Source: Anthoceros angustus
Lineage: Eukaryota; Plantae; Anthocerotophyta
DNA: 64,000 nucleotides
Assembly: GCA_010909165.1 (NCBI GenBank)
Contig: VJWM01000025.1
Coordinates: 1,612,001 to 1,676,000 of the forward strand
Direction of reading: 5' to 3'
Shown piece by piece: positions 49,233 to 61,609 of this stretch (positions are counted from its first letter, which is position 1; every line of letters begins with the position of its first letter). The notes beneath the pieces are model-generated. The model was given only the letters and a program-made list of their open reading frames with translations. It searched no databases and had not been told where the DNA came from. The position numbers and the translations under genes were made by a program.

Positions 49233-52200
49233 GTGGCCGTCCTCCATATGGCAGTCGACCACCATCTGCAGCACCACGAAGGAAAGGGAGCTGTCACTGT
49301 TGTCAAATAGAGGGACATTATGAAAGAGAATGCTGACGGAAAAAGGCTGGTGAGCCTAGGAGAGGTAACCCTGCCAATACTAACGTTATTTTGAGAACAC
49401 ATTTTGAGAAAAATACTTTACAACGTAATCTACAACAAGGGAACCACGTCATCGCATGCTATTGTAAATGGCTTCCAATCATATTTTTGTGATTAATGAT
49501 GTTAATAAATATTTTTAGAAAAATAAAGATCAAATTTTGAAAAAAAGGCTTTTACAACGTAATCTACAACGTGGCAACCACATCATCAATCCGTTGTTGA
49601 AAATGAGCACCCAAAAGAGTGCCACATCATCCAACTAGAAACCCCCCGTTGTAAACCGAGTCTTAAAACTGGCCACATCAGTGAAACTTAAATTTACAAC
49701 GAAGGTGTTTAGATGTTGTAAAGATTGAGAGATTTGCAAAAGGGGTTTTGTAAAACACCCCTCTCCCTAGTAGTGAACATAGTACAAAAGCCACCTGTAC
49801 TTCTAGCTGTCTACCTAGTTACCTCCCAGAATGATATGGCTAATTGGTACTTTGATAGTGGTGCCTCTGCATACATTTGCCATACAAGATCATACTTTAC
49901 CTGTTACATACCTAGTCAGCATGGCAGCTTTGTTTTCCTAGGTGATGATAGTGGTCTGATTGTCCAAGGTCGAGGCACAATTCATCTTAGGTGTGCAGGA
50001 GGTGAGATCCTGCAACTTGATGATGTCTATCATGTACCTCAGATGGCCAAAAATCTGTTATCTATTAAACAACTAACTCTTTCAGGAAGACATCAAGTTC
50101 AATTTACTAGTCAGCTATGTGCTATGTGCAGCTCGCCACCAGTTTGCATTTGTGAAGGGAGACTTTTACATTCATGACCTTTATTGTCTTGAGTTAGAGT
50201 CTGCTCCAGTCTCCAATCTTGCACGATTTTCAAAAACACAGTTATTAGCCTTGTCCGGCACTGTCGGCTTGCTCATGTCAATTCATGTAAACTCATGAAA
50301 CTTAGTCTTGGCAATCTTTACCTAGATAAGATACCTGCTTTGTCTGATGTCCCTTTCTATGAGAGTTGCGTTTATTCCAAGAGACGAATGTCCCCTTTCC
50401 CTATCGGACTTGCAACCAGACCCACAGATCCGTTAGATTTAGTTCATACAGATCTATGTGGCCCTATGTCATGTCCATCCTTCAGCCATTCGTTGTATTT
50501 CATGCCGATCGTGGATGATGCCACGAGAATGACTTACATCTGTTTTTTGAGACACAAGTCAGAAGCCGTGGACAGATTCAAGGAGTACATGGATATGGCA
50601 GAACGCCAATTGGGCACTCGACTAAAGGCAATTAGAACACATGGCAGAGGTGAATTTGTATCAGGTTCCTTTACACAGCTTTGTATATCGAAGGGCATAC
50701 TGATGCAGAGGAGTGTACCTTATTCCCAGGCGCAAAACGGGGTAGTTGAGCGGTGTCATCAGTGGCTTGTTGAGGCTACTCGCTCAATGCTTCATAGTGC
50801 AAATTTGCCCAAGACCTATTGGGTAGAAGCGATCTTAACAGCCACTTACTTGAAAATTGCCTTCCCACTTCAGCAGTTGACGACATGACACCCTACCAGG
50901 CCTGGACAAGATGCAAACCCTCCTTATTGCATCTACGAGTGTTTGGAGCACCTGCATATTCACATATACCTAAGCAACTGCGTCAGAAATTGGATCCGAA
51001 GGCCACCAAACTTCTTTTTGTCGGCTACACGGAAGGAATCAAAGACTACAAGTTGGTGCATCCCCAAACTCACCGGATTACATATTCGAGGAGTGTTGTT
51101 ATCGACGAACAATCTCTGCTGTTCAGCAGCAGTGGGAGAGATTTGAAGAACTTGCAATGGCATCTGAACCAGCAGAACTTGTACAGGTTGGTCCCTTGCA
51201 ATTGGATTCTGACAATGCAGACATGAGTGGGAGTGATGCTGACCAACAGCTGTCACTTTGGGATTCCAAGGACAGTGGGAGCACATACTGTCCTGTGGCC
51301 AAGACCTAATCGCCTTCACACCCCTTGCCATACCGCACTAGCTCCCCGCAACATGCGGGCCAACCCCACCGCAAGACCTCCTCATACTCCTGCAACGCTC
51401 GGTCCAGTAGATCAGCCTCAGTCCAATCCGCACAGCCTCCTCCCAACCCTGCAGCGCCTCCTGCGCCTGCAATGCGTCGCTCCACAAGGACGCGCAGACC
51501 CCCAACCTGGCTTGAGCCATACCACCTTGGAGATGCTCACGCAACCTCAGGGGAGGGACGCGCCTCCTCGCGTGCAGCATCTAGGCACACATCTGGCCAC
51601 ACGCCTCATCTCTCACACCCAGAACTTGCTCAAGCCTCATCAACAAACCCCGTTTCTGCGCCCGTTTCTACACCACCCTTTTCAAATACCCAAAATACCA
51701 ATTCTATTGCTGCCTCTTTATCTAATTTAGAAAATGAATCTAGTTTAGATGTTAACTCATTAACCTCTGCCTCTACTTCACTAGTCCAAGCTTCTATAGC
51801 AGCTACTGACCTTATTGAACCTGCTACCCGTGAAGAAGCATTGTCTGGAACTGATAAGAGAAGTGGGAGGCAGCTATCTTATCAGAATATAATAGTTTGA
51901 TAGAAAATAAAACTTGGGAACTAGTTAAACTTCCTAGTGGTAGGCAACCAATTAAGTGTAAATGGGTATTTCGTATTAAGTTGATAGCCAACTTCTGGGA
52001 GTTGATTATCACGAGACTTTTTCACCAGTAGTTAAGTTGCAGACTATCAGATACTTGCTAGCATTAGCAGTAGAGTTAGATTTAGATTTACATCAAATGG
52101 ATGTTACTACTGCTTTCCTATATGGAAAATTAGAGGAGCTTATCTATATTGAACAACCAAAGGAGTTTATAGATCCTAAAACTAAGGATTTAGTTTGTCT

Positions 52201-53350
52201 ACTTTTGAAATGCATTGATGGACTTAAGCAATTCCCTTTGAAGTGGTATGACGATATTGATGGGACTCTTATTGAGATGGGCTTTGTTCGTTGTGATTCT
52301 GATGAGAATGTATATTTCTTACGTAAGGATGGGATGCTGGTTATTATTGCTTTGTATGTGGATGATATTATTATTGCTACAAACAGCCAGGATCTTCTAT
52401 CAGAAGTAAAGGCCGCTCTTTCTTCAAAGTATAAGATGAAGGATATTGGCACTCTTACTTATTGTCTTCGAGTTCAAATGGCTAGGAATAGAGATGAAAG
52501 TACTCTTAGCATTTATCAAACTAAGTATGTTAAAGAGCTTCTTCATCGTTTCAAGCTTGAGGTAGCTCGACCTGCAGCCACTCCACTTGCAGCTGGACAG
52601 ACCTTATCTTCTGAGGACAGCCCTACTATGGTTGAGGAACAGGAGAAGATGCTCCACACCCCTTATAGGGAGGCAATAGGATGTTTACTTTTCCTTAGTG
52701 GCTGGACTCGTCCAGATATCACTCATGCTGTTTCTATTGTGTCGCAATTCCTCTCTAATCCTGGTTTAGCTCATTGGGTTGCGGTAAAACGTATTTACCG
52801 TTATTTATCCGGGACTATGAATGTAGGGCTTCAGTACAAGAAATCAGGAACAGGAAGACTACTACTTGAGGGTTGGTCTGATGCTAACTAGGCAGCTGAT
52901 CCTGAGACCCGGAAAAGCTTATCTAGCTATTGTTTCACCTTGTGTAGTGCTGCAGTTTCATGGACATGTAAGAAGCAACAAAGTGTGTCTCTTAGCTCAA
53001 CTGAGAGTGAGTATGCTTCCTTGACACTTGCTGGTAAGGAGGCTGTAGCTGGAAGATCTTTGTTAGCGGAGATGGATCAAGTTCAAGAGTCACCTATTGT
53101 ATTGTATTGCGATAATATGTCGGCAATAGCATTAACTAAGAATGCCAAGTACCATGCTCGAACTAAGCATATTGGTGTTCATCATCATTTTATAAGACAA
53201 TTAGTTGCTGAGCATCTTGTGAGTATTGTGTATGTCTCAATGGAGGAGAATCTCCCAGATATATTTACAAAAGGTTTATCCAAGGCTAAGCATGAGCATT
53301 TCTCTTCTGCTTTAATCTTGTGGACTTATCAAGTGTTTCTTCTTGAGTGA
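48472..53350 (+). pseudogene. copia 3 gag-pol, disrupted
   Basis: FKEKDRFAG; CHCCQIEGHYEREC; WYFDSGAS; LVHTDLCGP; QMDVTTAFLYG; ALYVDD; CDNMSAI; HARTKHI. Confidence 0.95.
49385..49775. mobile_element. 391-bp one-ended CACTA-type insertion in copia 3 gag-pol
   Basis: Ends ccctagtagtg (reverse complement CACTACTAGGG). Flanked by a 3-bp AAC duplication. Direct and inverted tttacaacg subterminal repeats. Removal restores GNPANTNIVQKPPVLL. Confidence 0.75.
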
Positions 53351-54068
53351 GAGCCTTTCTTCTTCATTTGTATTAACTTGCTATACATTTATGTTCCTAT
53401 CATGAGTGAACCGCACATGTTAGTTAGTTAGTCTCATTTCATGTTGTTGCAAACGTGAGTGAGTGGGAGTGTCGATGATATGCCTGTTAGAGACCTGTTT
53501 AGGGCACGTTTCAACAAATACTCTAATATATATTAATTAGGTTACTGAGATATCATTAGGCATAGTAGGCATCATTAGTCGCTTTGTGTGTTCATCCCTT
53601 GACTTGTTCATTCTCTTAATTGTATCATAGCGTTCTTCGTGTATGCTTCCGCTTGTTGCTGTTTGACAAATGACTGACACAAACTTGATGTGTGCATCTG
53701 TAGATTTCAGGGGTACCAACGTCTTGGTTAGAACAGTCAATCCGAGCTGGGACAAGTTGCCAAAGACTTGGACGTGGCCGAACGTTCCGTTCCGGTGCAG
53801 GTCCTCACTCCTCAAGTAGTCCGTCTGACAGGCAGCAATTGTTCACTACTCACGGGAAGACTTGCCTTGCCAAGGTTTGCAAGGTACATGTGCCATCGTG
53901 TGTGGCGGAACGCACTTGGTGAAAATACTGCTGCTACAGGGGGACACCAGGATATGCCCAACAAAGCTTGTCTCCATGGTTAAGCATGGATGTGCAGAGG
54001 AGGGCACCATAACGCTGGAGATGGGGATGGAACTTCATGTGCAGACTAGCGAGCATGCAAATTCTTTT

Positions 54069-54132
54069 TGGTGGCCAGCACTGGTAAAGGAAATGGTAGC
54101 CTACCAATCTCCTTTACCAGTGCTGGCCACCA
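54069..54132. other. Near-perfect 64-nt inverted repeat (hairpin)
   Basis: tggtggccagcactggtaaagga (54069-54091) is the exact reverse complement of 54110-54132; inner tggta/tacca stem. Confidence 0.9.
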
Positions 54133-54319
54133 GTAGCTAGAGCCATGTTATGTAGCACTGTTTGACAAATTTATGAGCTCGTTCCACGGCATATTCTGAA
54201 TTTTGTTTCTCAGTTACTCGTGGGATATGGAGCTATTTCAGTTATGGATACTTCCGCCACCGGTGACATGTTTCGCACTGTAATACGCTCCAACCTGTAC
54301 ATGCAGACCTTACGGTTAG

Positions 54320-54700
54320 AACCATTTGAGAAGGTTCTTTGTGTGGCATATGTTTATGGAAACCTACACAAACACAAACAGACTCATGGGAATACTGATC
54401 CAACAAGGGAAAGATGCTTACTTGAAGTGGTTCACTCAGACTTGTGTGGAACCCATGTCCACAGAATCGTTTGGAGGAGCAAGACACTTTATGGTGCTCA
54501 TTGAGGACTGGAGCAGGTTTACAGTCACGTATTTCCTGAAATCCAAAGACCAAGTGTGAGAGAAATTCCAAGAGTATGTGGCATTTTCTTAGAGATTTAC
54601 TGGACATCAGTTGAAGACTCTTAGACAGATAATGCAAGAGAACTTGTATCAAAAGACTTTGCCGCATACTGTAAAGAGAATGGAATTAGTCGATAGCCAA
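54320..54700 (+). mobile_element. Isolated copia integrase fragment
   Basis: LEVVHSDLCG, ESFGGARHF, SRFTVTYFLKSKDQV, degenerate LRTDN. Confidence 0.85.
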
Positions 54701-56021
54701 CAGATGGCCAAATTTGTTACCTATCAACACGAGACAAGTTTGTGAGTTCCCACTTTGCCTGCAGGCACATTCATTCACCTTGGAAGCAACCACCCTCAAC
54801 CATACCAGATTCATGAATTCAAGTCCACGCTGTTTCGCAAACCTGTAGGTCTATACAATGAAGCTGCTTTAAATCGGGTTGCAAGTGAATTCCACATGTC
54901 TACTTGCTGCTTTCGTCCTCGTAACTCGCATCCACTGCTGATTGCAAAAAAGAGATGACAAATGACCTTGGGCATCGATCCACACGTTGACCTTATAAGT
55001 CTAGACAGCTTTAGGGTTTCAAGCTTCAAACAAGGCACTCAGCAAGGCAAGTCGCACAGAAGGGGAGCCGTAAGCCGAAGAACAAACCTTCAACACAGTC
55101 AGGCCACGTGAAAGGTAAACAGAGCAAGAGCGAGCCATCTGGCTCCTCATGGCACAAGCTGACATGACAGTAGCGCGCAAGCTCACCTGTAGTATAATGA
55201 TTGGACAAGATTTCAGGCTAAGAGAAGTAAGGTCGAAGGGAGCAGAGTATAGCCCTCAGCTCATCACAGGAAGTGTCAAAGCTAGCTAGCTACATAGATA
55301 GCTTTTTCAAAGGACAATCAATTGAGGGGCATTGCTGCGCTTGCATAAACAATGTAGCGTATCTAGTACCATTTTTGACAAGTCGCATAGCACTTTCAGC
55401 ATGTGAATAATGTGTCGCCCACCTGCCTGCTCACCGACCTGCCGACTAGCGTACTCACGCACATGCGTACTCACTGTGACTGACTTGTGACGTGAAGATG
55501 TCCACTCACCAAATTGGAACGTGAAGCTGTCGACAGGGCCTAGCGTGTATCGCTGCGGCGTTGTACACACTTTATGGAACGAAGCTCGAAAACGGGTTCG
55601 TGAATATCCTATCCCATTGCATAAATTTGTACACGCGTTTTAAATATTACATTATTGTTGTGTAGGAGCTGTTCGCAGGGAAGGCGTCCCCGAGCGAACC
55701 CTAAGCGACGGATGAGGTACAGGATGTACAGGCGTGAGAATAGAGCCAGCCGCCCCGCGGGTATGCGTACGATAGAGTCGCGTGGGTCACGGATGCTGTA
55801 TTGCGTCCAGCTTGCGTCACCTGCGAGCATCGTGGTGCGAGCCCTTGGGATCTGGAGGACAGCCTCCCGGACTTACAAATCGAGCCCGACGCCCTCCAAC
55901 ATCTCATCAATTTGCAACCTTGCCTTGGCAGACACACTGGTGTGCAGGTTTGCAGAGAAGAGGGCTTGCACGCACCTGGCAGGCCTCACGATCGCGAGTG
56001 CGCAGGCCTGCAGCCGAATTC

Positions 56022-59000
56022 ATGGCCACCAGCGTGACGGCCAATGCTCCGGCCACCGCCACGGCGGCGGCCAGGCCGGGGGCATTCAAGCCCAGCAGCA
56101 GCAGCAGCAGCAGCAGCAGCTTGAGGTCGTGCGAGGCGCTGAGGGGCACACCGCTTGTGGCTTGTCCCCAGACTCTCAGAAGTGCAGGCATGATGCCTTC
56201 TCGTAAGCCGCAGAGCGCTGAGGTGCGCGGCGGCTGCAGGCTGGTGAACAGCATGGGCGAGTCGGTGAGCAATCTGTCGACGCGCGGGGCCGGCGGGCGG
56301 GGCGCCAGCACGCCAGTGCTGTGGCTAGCCCTAGCGACTGCGTCACCGTACCCATGGTGGACATTTCTGGCACTGTGGTGCTTGAGACGAAGAACATCCT
56401 GGACTTCCAGAGCCCGATCGCGGAACTGGAGGATGCGTTGGCCGAGTTCGAGGGGCACAGGGTGGAAGTCCGCCTCGTAAGCGTGGATCTGAATCCCGGT
56501 ACGTGCCTTGTCACTGAAAATTAAAGGTTCCCGGTGGATATCGAAAGCTATCCAATTCGTCCTTGCACGCTTGAAACCAAGAGAACATTTGGCTAGTACT
56601 TGCTACCTTGAAAGTCACTTGAGTTGTTAGGGTTCTTGAAGGAATGTTGCAAGCTTTGCTCGGTGGCTGACTGTGCCACTTGTAAGTGCAGTGACCAAGG
56701 AGCCCAAGGTGAGCGAGGCGAGCCCCATCCGAGCCTTTGAGCGCGAGGACGGCAAGATCGCCGCCGGCGAGGCCGAGTATCCCATCACCTTCACCGTCCC
56801 CGCCGACTTTGGGGAGCCCGGCGCCATCCTGGTGACCAACAACCTCCCGGAAGAGTTCTTCCTGAGCTCCCTCTCCCTCCAGCTCCCCAAGGTGAAGGCC
56901 TGGCAGCCGGTGCCGCTTTCCAAGAACAGGACCGGTAGCGTTTCCATGCCCGGCCAGCCTGAGGGCACCGGCGCCAATGTCATCCACTTCCCCGCCGGCT
57001 CCGTCATCTACAACGCCAACAAATTCGACTCCCGAAACCGCGTCTTCTTCAGCAACAAGACGTGCCTCCCGTCCCGCACCCCTCCGGGCCTCCTCCACCT
57101 CCGCCAGGCCGAATTGGTGGCCAAGCGCGGCGACGGCAATGGCGAGCGGGTGTTCGGGGAGCGCATCTACGACTACGCCGTGTACAACGACCTGTCCAAG
57201 CCCAACACGGACCCCTCCACCGATCGCCCGGTGCTGGGGGGCTCCTCGGAGCGGCCCTACCCCCGCCGCTGCCGCACGGGCCGGCCGTGGGCCACGAGCG
57301 CGCCGCAGCTGGAGATCAACGTGGGCCCGTTCCAGGTCTTCTACATCCCCCGGGACGAGGCGTTCAGCCGGGTGACGACGTCGTCGCTGCTGGCGGACGC
57401 GCTCAAGGCCACGTTGCACTCCATCGTGCCGGCCATCGAGACCAAATTCGACAAGTCGGACGATTTCGAATCGTTTGCCAGCATCATGGACTTGTACGCC
57501 AAGGGGGTGGACTTCAAGGGGATCCTGCCGGAGGAGCCGCAGGGGGACGACACCAAATCGAGCGTGTTGGACGACCCCTACGCGTTTTTTCAGCAGTTTT
57601 TAAACTCGGGCGGGGAGGACAAGAGTTTGGCCAAGTACCCTCTCCCTCAGGTCGTCCAAGGTGAGTAACAACAAGTGTGTCTGTGAGTCGTCTCGCCTTG
57701 GAACCTCATTGTTCCAGATTATTCCTTGCAAGTTCACCACGAGTCTTGATTTCAACCAAGATTGTGACAGTCACTGGTGAGTTCCACGGATCCATCCAAT
57801 GGCATCCTTTGAAATGGCATCCGTTGTGCATGTGCGTGCAGTTTCCGAAGCGGCATGGCTCACAGACGAAGAGTTTGGACATCAGGCCCTCGCGGGCCTC
57901 AACCCTGTCATGATCGAGCTGGTTAAAGTGAGTACCAAGCTTGTACCAGCTGTATGCATGGGGTTGGGGTGTGGACATTGAGCACTGCACTGTTTGTGAA
58001 CATGAATGACACTTGCAAGCAGCGGTCACCTCTTCGTCCTTCTTGAAACACTTTCATGTTGCTCCCTCTATGTGTATGTAGAAGTGTATGTAGACGGGTA
58101 GGTCCCTTGAAATCTTGACGTCTCTTCCAAGGAAGTGATCCATGCTCTGAGTCATCACAGACTGACGGCTTCGCTTGCTTGCTTGCTTGCTTGCTTGCAA
58201 CTACTAATTCGAATTTGGTGAACCAACGTCTGAATGTAAACTTACTGTATGCATGTGGGTGGACACCATGCCACCTTCCAAAATGTTGCAGGAATTCCCT
58301 CCAACCAGCTCGCTGGATCCCGCCGTGTACGGACCTGCTACTGCCCTCACCGACGACCACCTCCTGCCTTACCTGGAGGGACTCACTGTTGCTCAGGTAA
58401 CATATCACAACCTGCAAGCTCTTGAAACTCTCGCTCAGCATTGCCAGCTTACTCCGGAGTTTCGAACACAAAAAACTTTTCAAATGGGCATTGTCTTCAA
58501 AATTTTCTTGAACACAACGTGTTTACTGGCCGCCAGGCCATGGAGGCAAAACGGCTCTTCATGATCGACTACCACGACCTGGTGCTGCCCTTCATCGAAC
58601 TCCAAAACACCCAGGGCAACGGCCAGGGCTACGCGCCGCGGAGCATCCTGTTCCTCACCCGGCACGGCACCTTGAAGGTGATAGCGATCGAGCTGGCCCT
58701 GCCGGCTTACAATGGCAACAAGGCCTCAATCAGGGCTTTCACGGCTGCGCCGATCATTACCGACCTATCATTGAATCCCGCCACACAGGACAAGATTGTG
58801 GAGGCCAGGGTGTGGCAGCTGGTCAAGCTTCACGCCAACACCGTCGATTTCGGGGTTCAAGAGCTCGGCAGCCACTGGTACGCATGCATGCGATGCGCGG
58901 TCAGTGCACACCTTCATTGCTGACAAAAGTTGAAATCGCGACTGCCTGACTGACTGACCAGTGCCCCTGGTTCTTGGTTTCCCTTGAACGTTCAGGCTGG

Positions 59001-60009
59001 ACACCCACGCGACGATGGAGCCCGTCATCATCGCCGCCAACAGGCAGCTGAGCCCCATGCACCCCGTCTTCGTCCTGCTCTTTCCAACCTTCAAAAACAC
59101 CATGAACATCAACGCCGCGGCGCGGCAGTCGCTCATCAACGCCGACGGCATCATCGAAAAGACCTTCACGCCAGGCAAGTTCTGCATGGAGCTCAGCTCC
59201 GCGCTGTACCGCACGCGCTGGCGGTTCGACAGGCTGGCTCTGCCGGAAGACCTCATCGCGCGCGGGATGGCCGAGCGGGCCGCGGACGGCCGCCTCAAGC
59301 TCGTGATGGAGGACTACCCGTTCGCTAAGGACGCGCTGCAAATCTGGGACGCCATCCTCAACTGGACCACCGACTACATCGCACTCGCCTACCGGACGAC
59401 GCCGCCGTGCTGGCCGACGCCGAGCTGCAAGCCTGGTGGACCGAGTACGTGCAGGTGGGCAACGGCGACCTCAAGGACGCCGACTGGTGGCCCAAACTGG
59501 ACTCCCGCCAATCCCTCGCGCACACCCTGGCCACCATCGCCTGGACCGCCGGCCCGCAGCACGCCGCCATCAACTTCGGCCAGTATGCGTACGCCGGGTA
59601 CCCGCCCAACCGCCCCAGCCAGACGCGGCGGCTGGTGCCGGAGAAGGGCTCCAGCGAGTATAAGGCCCTAGCCACTGACCCGTCTGGCGGCATCTTGGGG
59701 ACCATGACCACGGAGAGGGGGGCGTTGAGCGTCATGACCACCATCGAGGTCCTGTCCACGCACGCCGAGGACGAGGAGTACCTGGGCCGCCTCCAGTCCA
59801 ACATCTGGACGTCGGACCCGGCGGTGCTCGCGGCCTATAACCGCTTTGCGAGGGCGATGGAGCAGGTGGCCACGGACATCGAGGCGCGGAACCAAGACCC
59901 GGCGCTCAAGAACCGCAGGGGCCTGGCGCAGGTGCCCTACACGCTGCTCTACCCGTGGTCCTCGGACGGACTCACCGGCCAGGGCGTGCCCTACAGCACT
60001 TCCGTCTGA
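56022..60009 (+). CDS. LOX: Lipoxygenase, predicted plastid-targeted 13S-LOX, 6 exons, two apparent 1-nt frameshifts
   Basis: Exons 56022-56498, 56692-57660, 57842-57927, 58292-58396, 58537-58877, 58996-60009, all GT-AG. PLAT domain; WLTDEEF..QALAGLNP; iron ligands HWLDTH and QHAAINFGQY; Ala at the stereo-determinant site (NAAARQ) and TF positional pair. Shifts near 56319 and 59391. Confidence 0.9.
58172..58198. repeat. (GCTT)n microsatellite in a LOX intron
   Basis: gcttgcttgcttgcttgcttgcttgc. Confidence 0.85.
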
Positions 60010-61213
60010 CTGAGTTAGTGATGAATCCTGTGACTAGTGAGCTTGCTTGACAAACACAGCAATTGCAAGCCTCCTGCAATTTCCATTTGGTGTTCAATCC
60101 TTCTTCCTCTGCGTGGGCTCCTTGTGACCAGTGAGTTTGCTCCTACAGGGCAAGCTTCTGCGATTTCCATTTGGTGTCCTTGCAATTGCTTCTTGTGCTA
60201 GTCCACGTATGTACATAGAGCTCCAAGTTTGGAGGAAGAGCCCTGGGATTGCAAGTGTGCCAAAGATTGTGCTGACTTCTGCAGAACTACTTGCCTGCAA
60301 ATACACCAATCTCCATCCTTCCCCATCCTCTCCCATCTCGTCTTAGGATCAGCACCCTGTCACTGCCTGTTGTAATGTGAGTGCTATGTTCTCAAGAAAG
60401 CGCGCTATGAATCTAGAAGTGGAATTCCAGAATAGAATGTTAGGATCAAGAGTCTTGAGACGACGAGGGGTCATCTGGAGACTGTCATGACCACCATCGA
60501 GGTCCTGTCCACGCACGCCGAGGACGAGGAGTACCTGGGCCGCCTCCAGTCCAACATCTGGACGTCGGACCCGGCGGTGCTCGCGGCCTATAACCGCTTT
60601 GCGAGGGCGATGGAGCAGGTGGCCACGGACATCGAGGCGCGGAACCAAGACCCGGCGCTCAAGAACCGCAGGGGCCTGGCGCAGGTGCCCTACACGCTGC
60701 TCTACCTGTGGTCCTCGGACGGACTCACTGGCCAGGGCGTGCCCTACAGCACTTCCGTCTGACTGAGTTAGTGATGAATCCTGTGACTAGTGAGCTTGCT
60801 TGACAAACACAGCAATTGCAAGCCTCCTGCAATTTCCATTTGGTGTTCAATCCTTCTTCCTCTGCGTGGGCTCCTTGTGACCAGTGAGTTTGCTCCTACA
60901 GGGCAAGCTTCTGCGATTTCCATTTGGTGTCCTTGCAATTGCTTCTTGTGCTAGTCCACGTATGTACATAGAGCTCCAAGTTTGGAGGAAGAGCCCTGGG
61001 ATTGCAAGTGTGCCAAAGATTGTGCTGACTTCTGCAGAACTACTTGCCTGCAAATACACCAATCTCCATCCTTCCCCATCCTCTCCCATCTCGTCTTAGG
61101 ATCAGCACCCTGTCACTGCCTGTTGTAATGTGAGTGCTATGTTCTCAAGAAAGCGCGCTATGAATCTAGAAGTGGAATTCCAGAATAGAATGTTAGGATC
61201 AAGAGTCTTGAGA
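59731..61213 (+). repeat. 730-bp tandem duplication of the LOX 3' end and 3' flank (59731-60460 and 60484-61213) with a 23-nt filler
   Basis: Copies identical by eye except two C>T changes at CpG sites; filler cgacgaggggtcatctggagact. Confidence 0.95.
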
Positions 61214-61336
61214 TTCCTAATCGTATAAAAAAGAAGCTTGGTCAATCCGAGAACTGTCCAAGGAGCCTGGACCACAGTCCATCAATTGTGCGACCCTTTT
61301 CTTCTTCTCTAAACCCTAAAACACACGCTGCGCCCC

Positions 61337-61372
61337 CGCGCGCGCGCGCGCGCGCGCGCGCGCGCGCGCGCG
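61337..61372. repeat. Pure (CG)18 tract
   Basis: Uninterrupted alternating CG; aaaccctaaa telo-box-like motif ~20 nt upstream. Confidence 0.9.
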
Positions 61373-61609
61373 CCGCCTCTTTAGCCTTCCTTCTAGGTGT
61401 CGGCACATCGTTCTCCTTGCTTTCCCGACACACTGGTCCAGAAGTTGCTCGCCCCTCTTGGAAATGCTCCCCTCGCTTCCAACTGTCTCCCAGTGCTGCT
61501 CCGCTAACTCTCACCGACGCTCCACTCCGTTCCGAATGTCTTTCATAAACGCTTCGTCACACTTGCAGGGATCGTGCCCTTCCCATATCAACCATCATTT
61601 GCCATACTG

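Larger units (their letters stand above)
45523..53668 (+). mobile_element. Ty1/copia LTR retrotransposon 3 with duplicated 5' end
   Basis: 5' LTRs 45523-45724 and 47619-47813; 3' LTR 53470-53668. PBS tggtatcagagcc 45725. PPT gagtgagtgggag ending 53469. TSD AATGA. Confidence 0.95.

Noticed and set aside
45116-53815. Host gene interrupted by copia 3 (minus frames 53815-53669 and 45522-45116)
   Set aside because: The rejoined frame has stops and no recognisable motif
55907-59895. Long antisense and alternate-frame ORFs over LOX (for example 56511-57419)
   Set aside because: Shadow ORFs expected from GC3-rich coding sequence
58860-60009. Manganese lipoxygenase suggested by the C-terminal Val
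   Set aside because: Keeps the hexamer H-W-L-D-T-H spacing of iron LOXs and a PLAT domain
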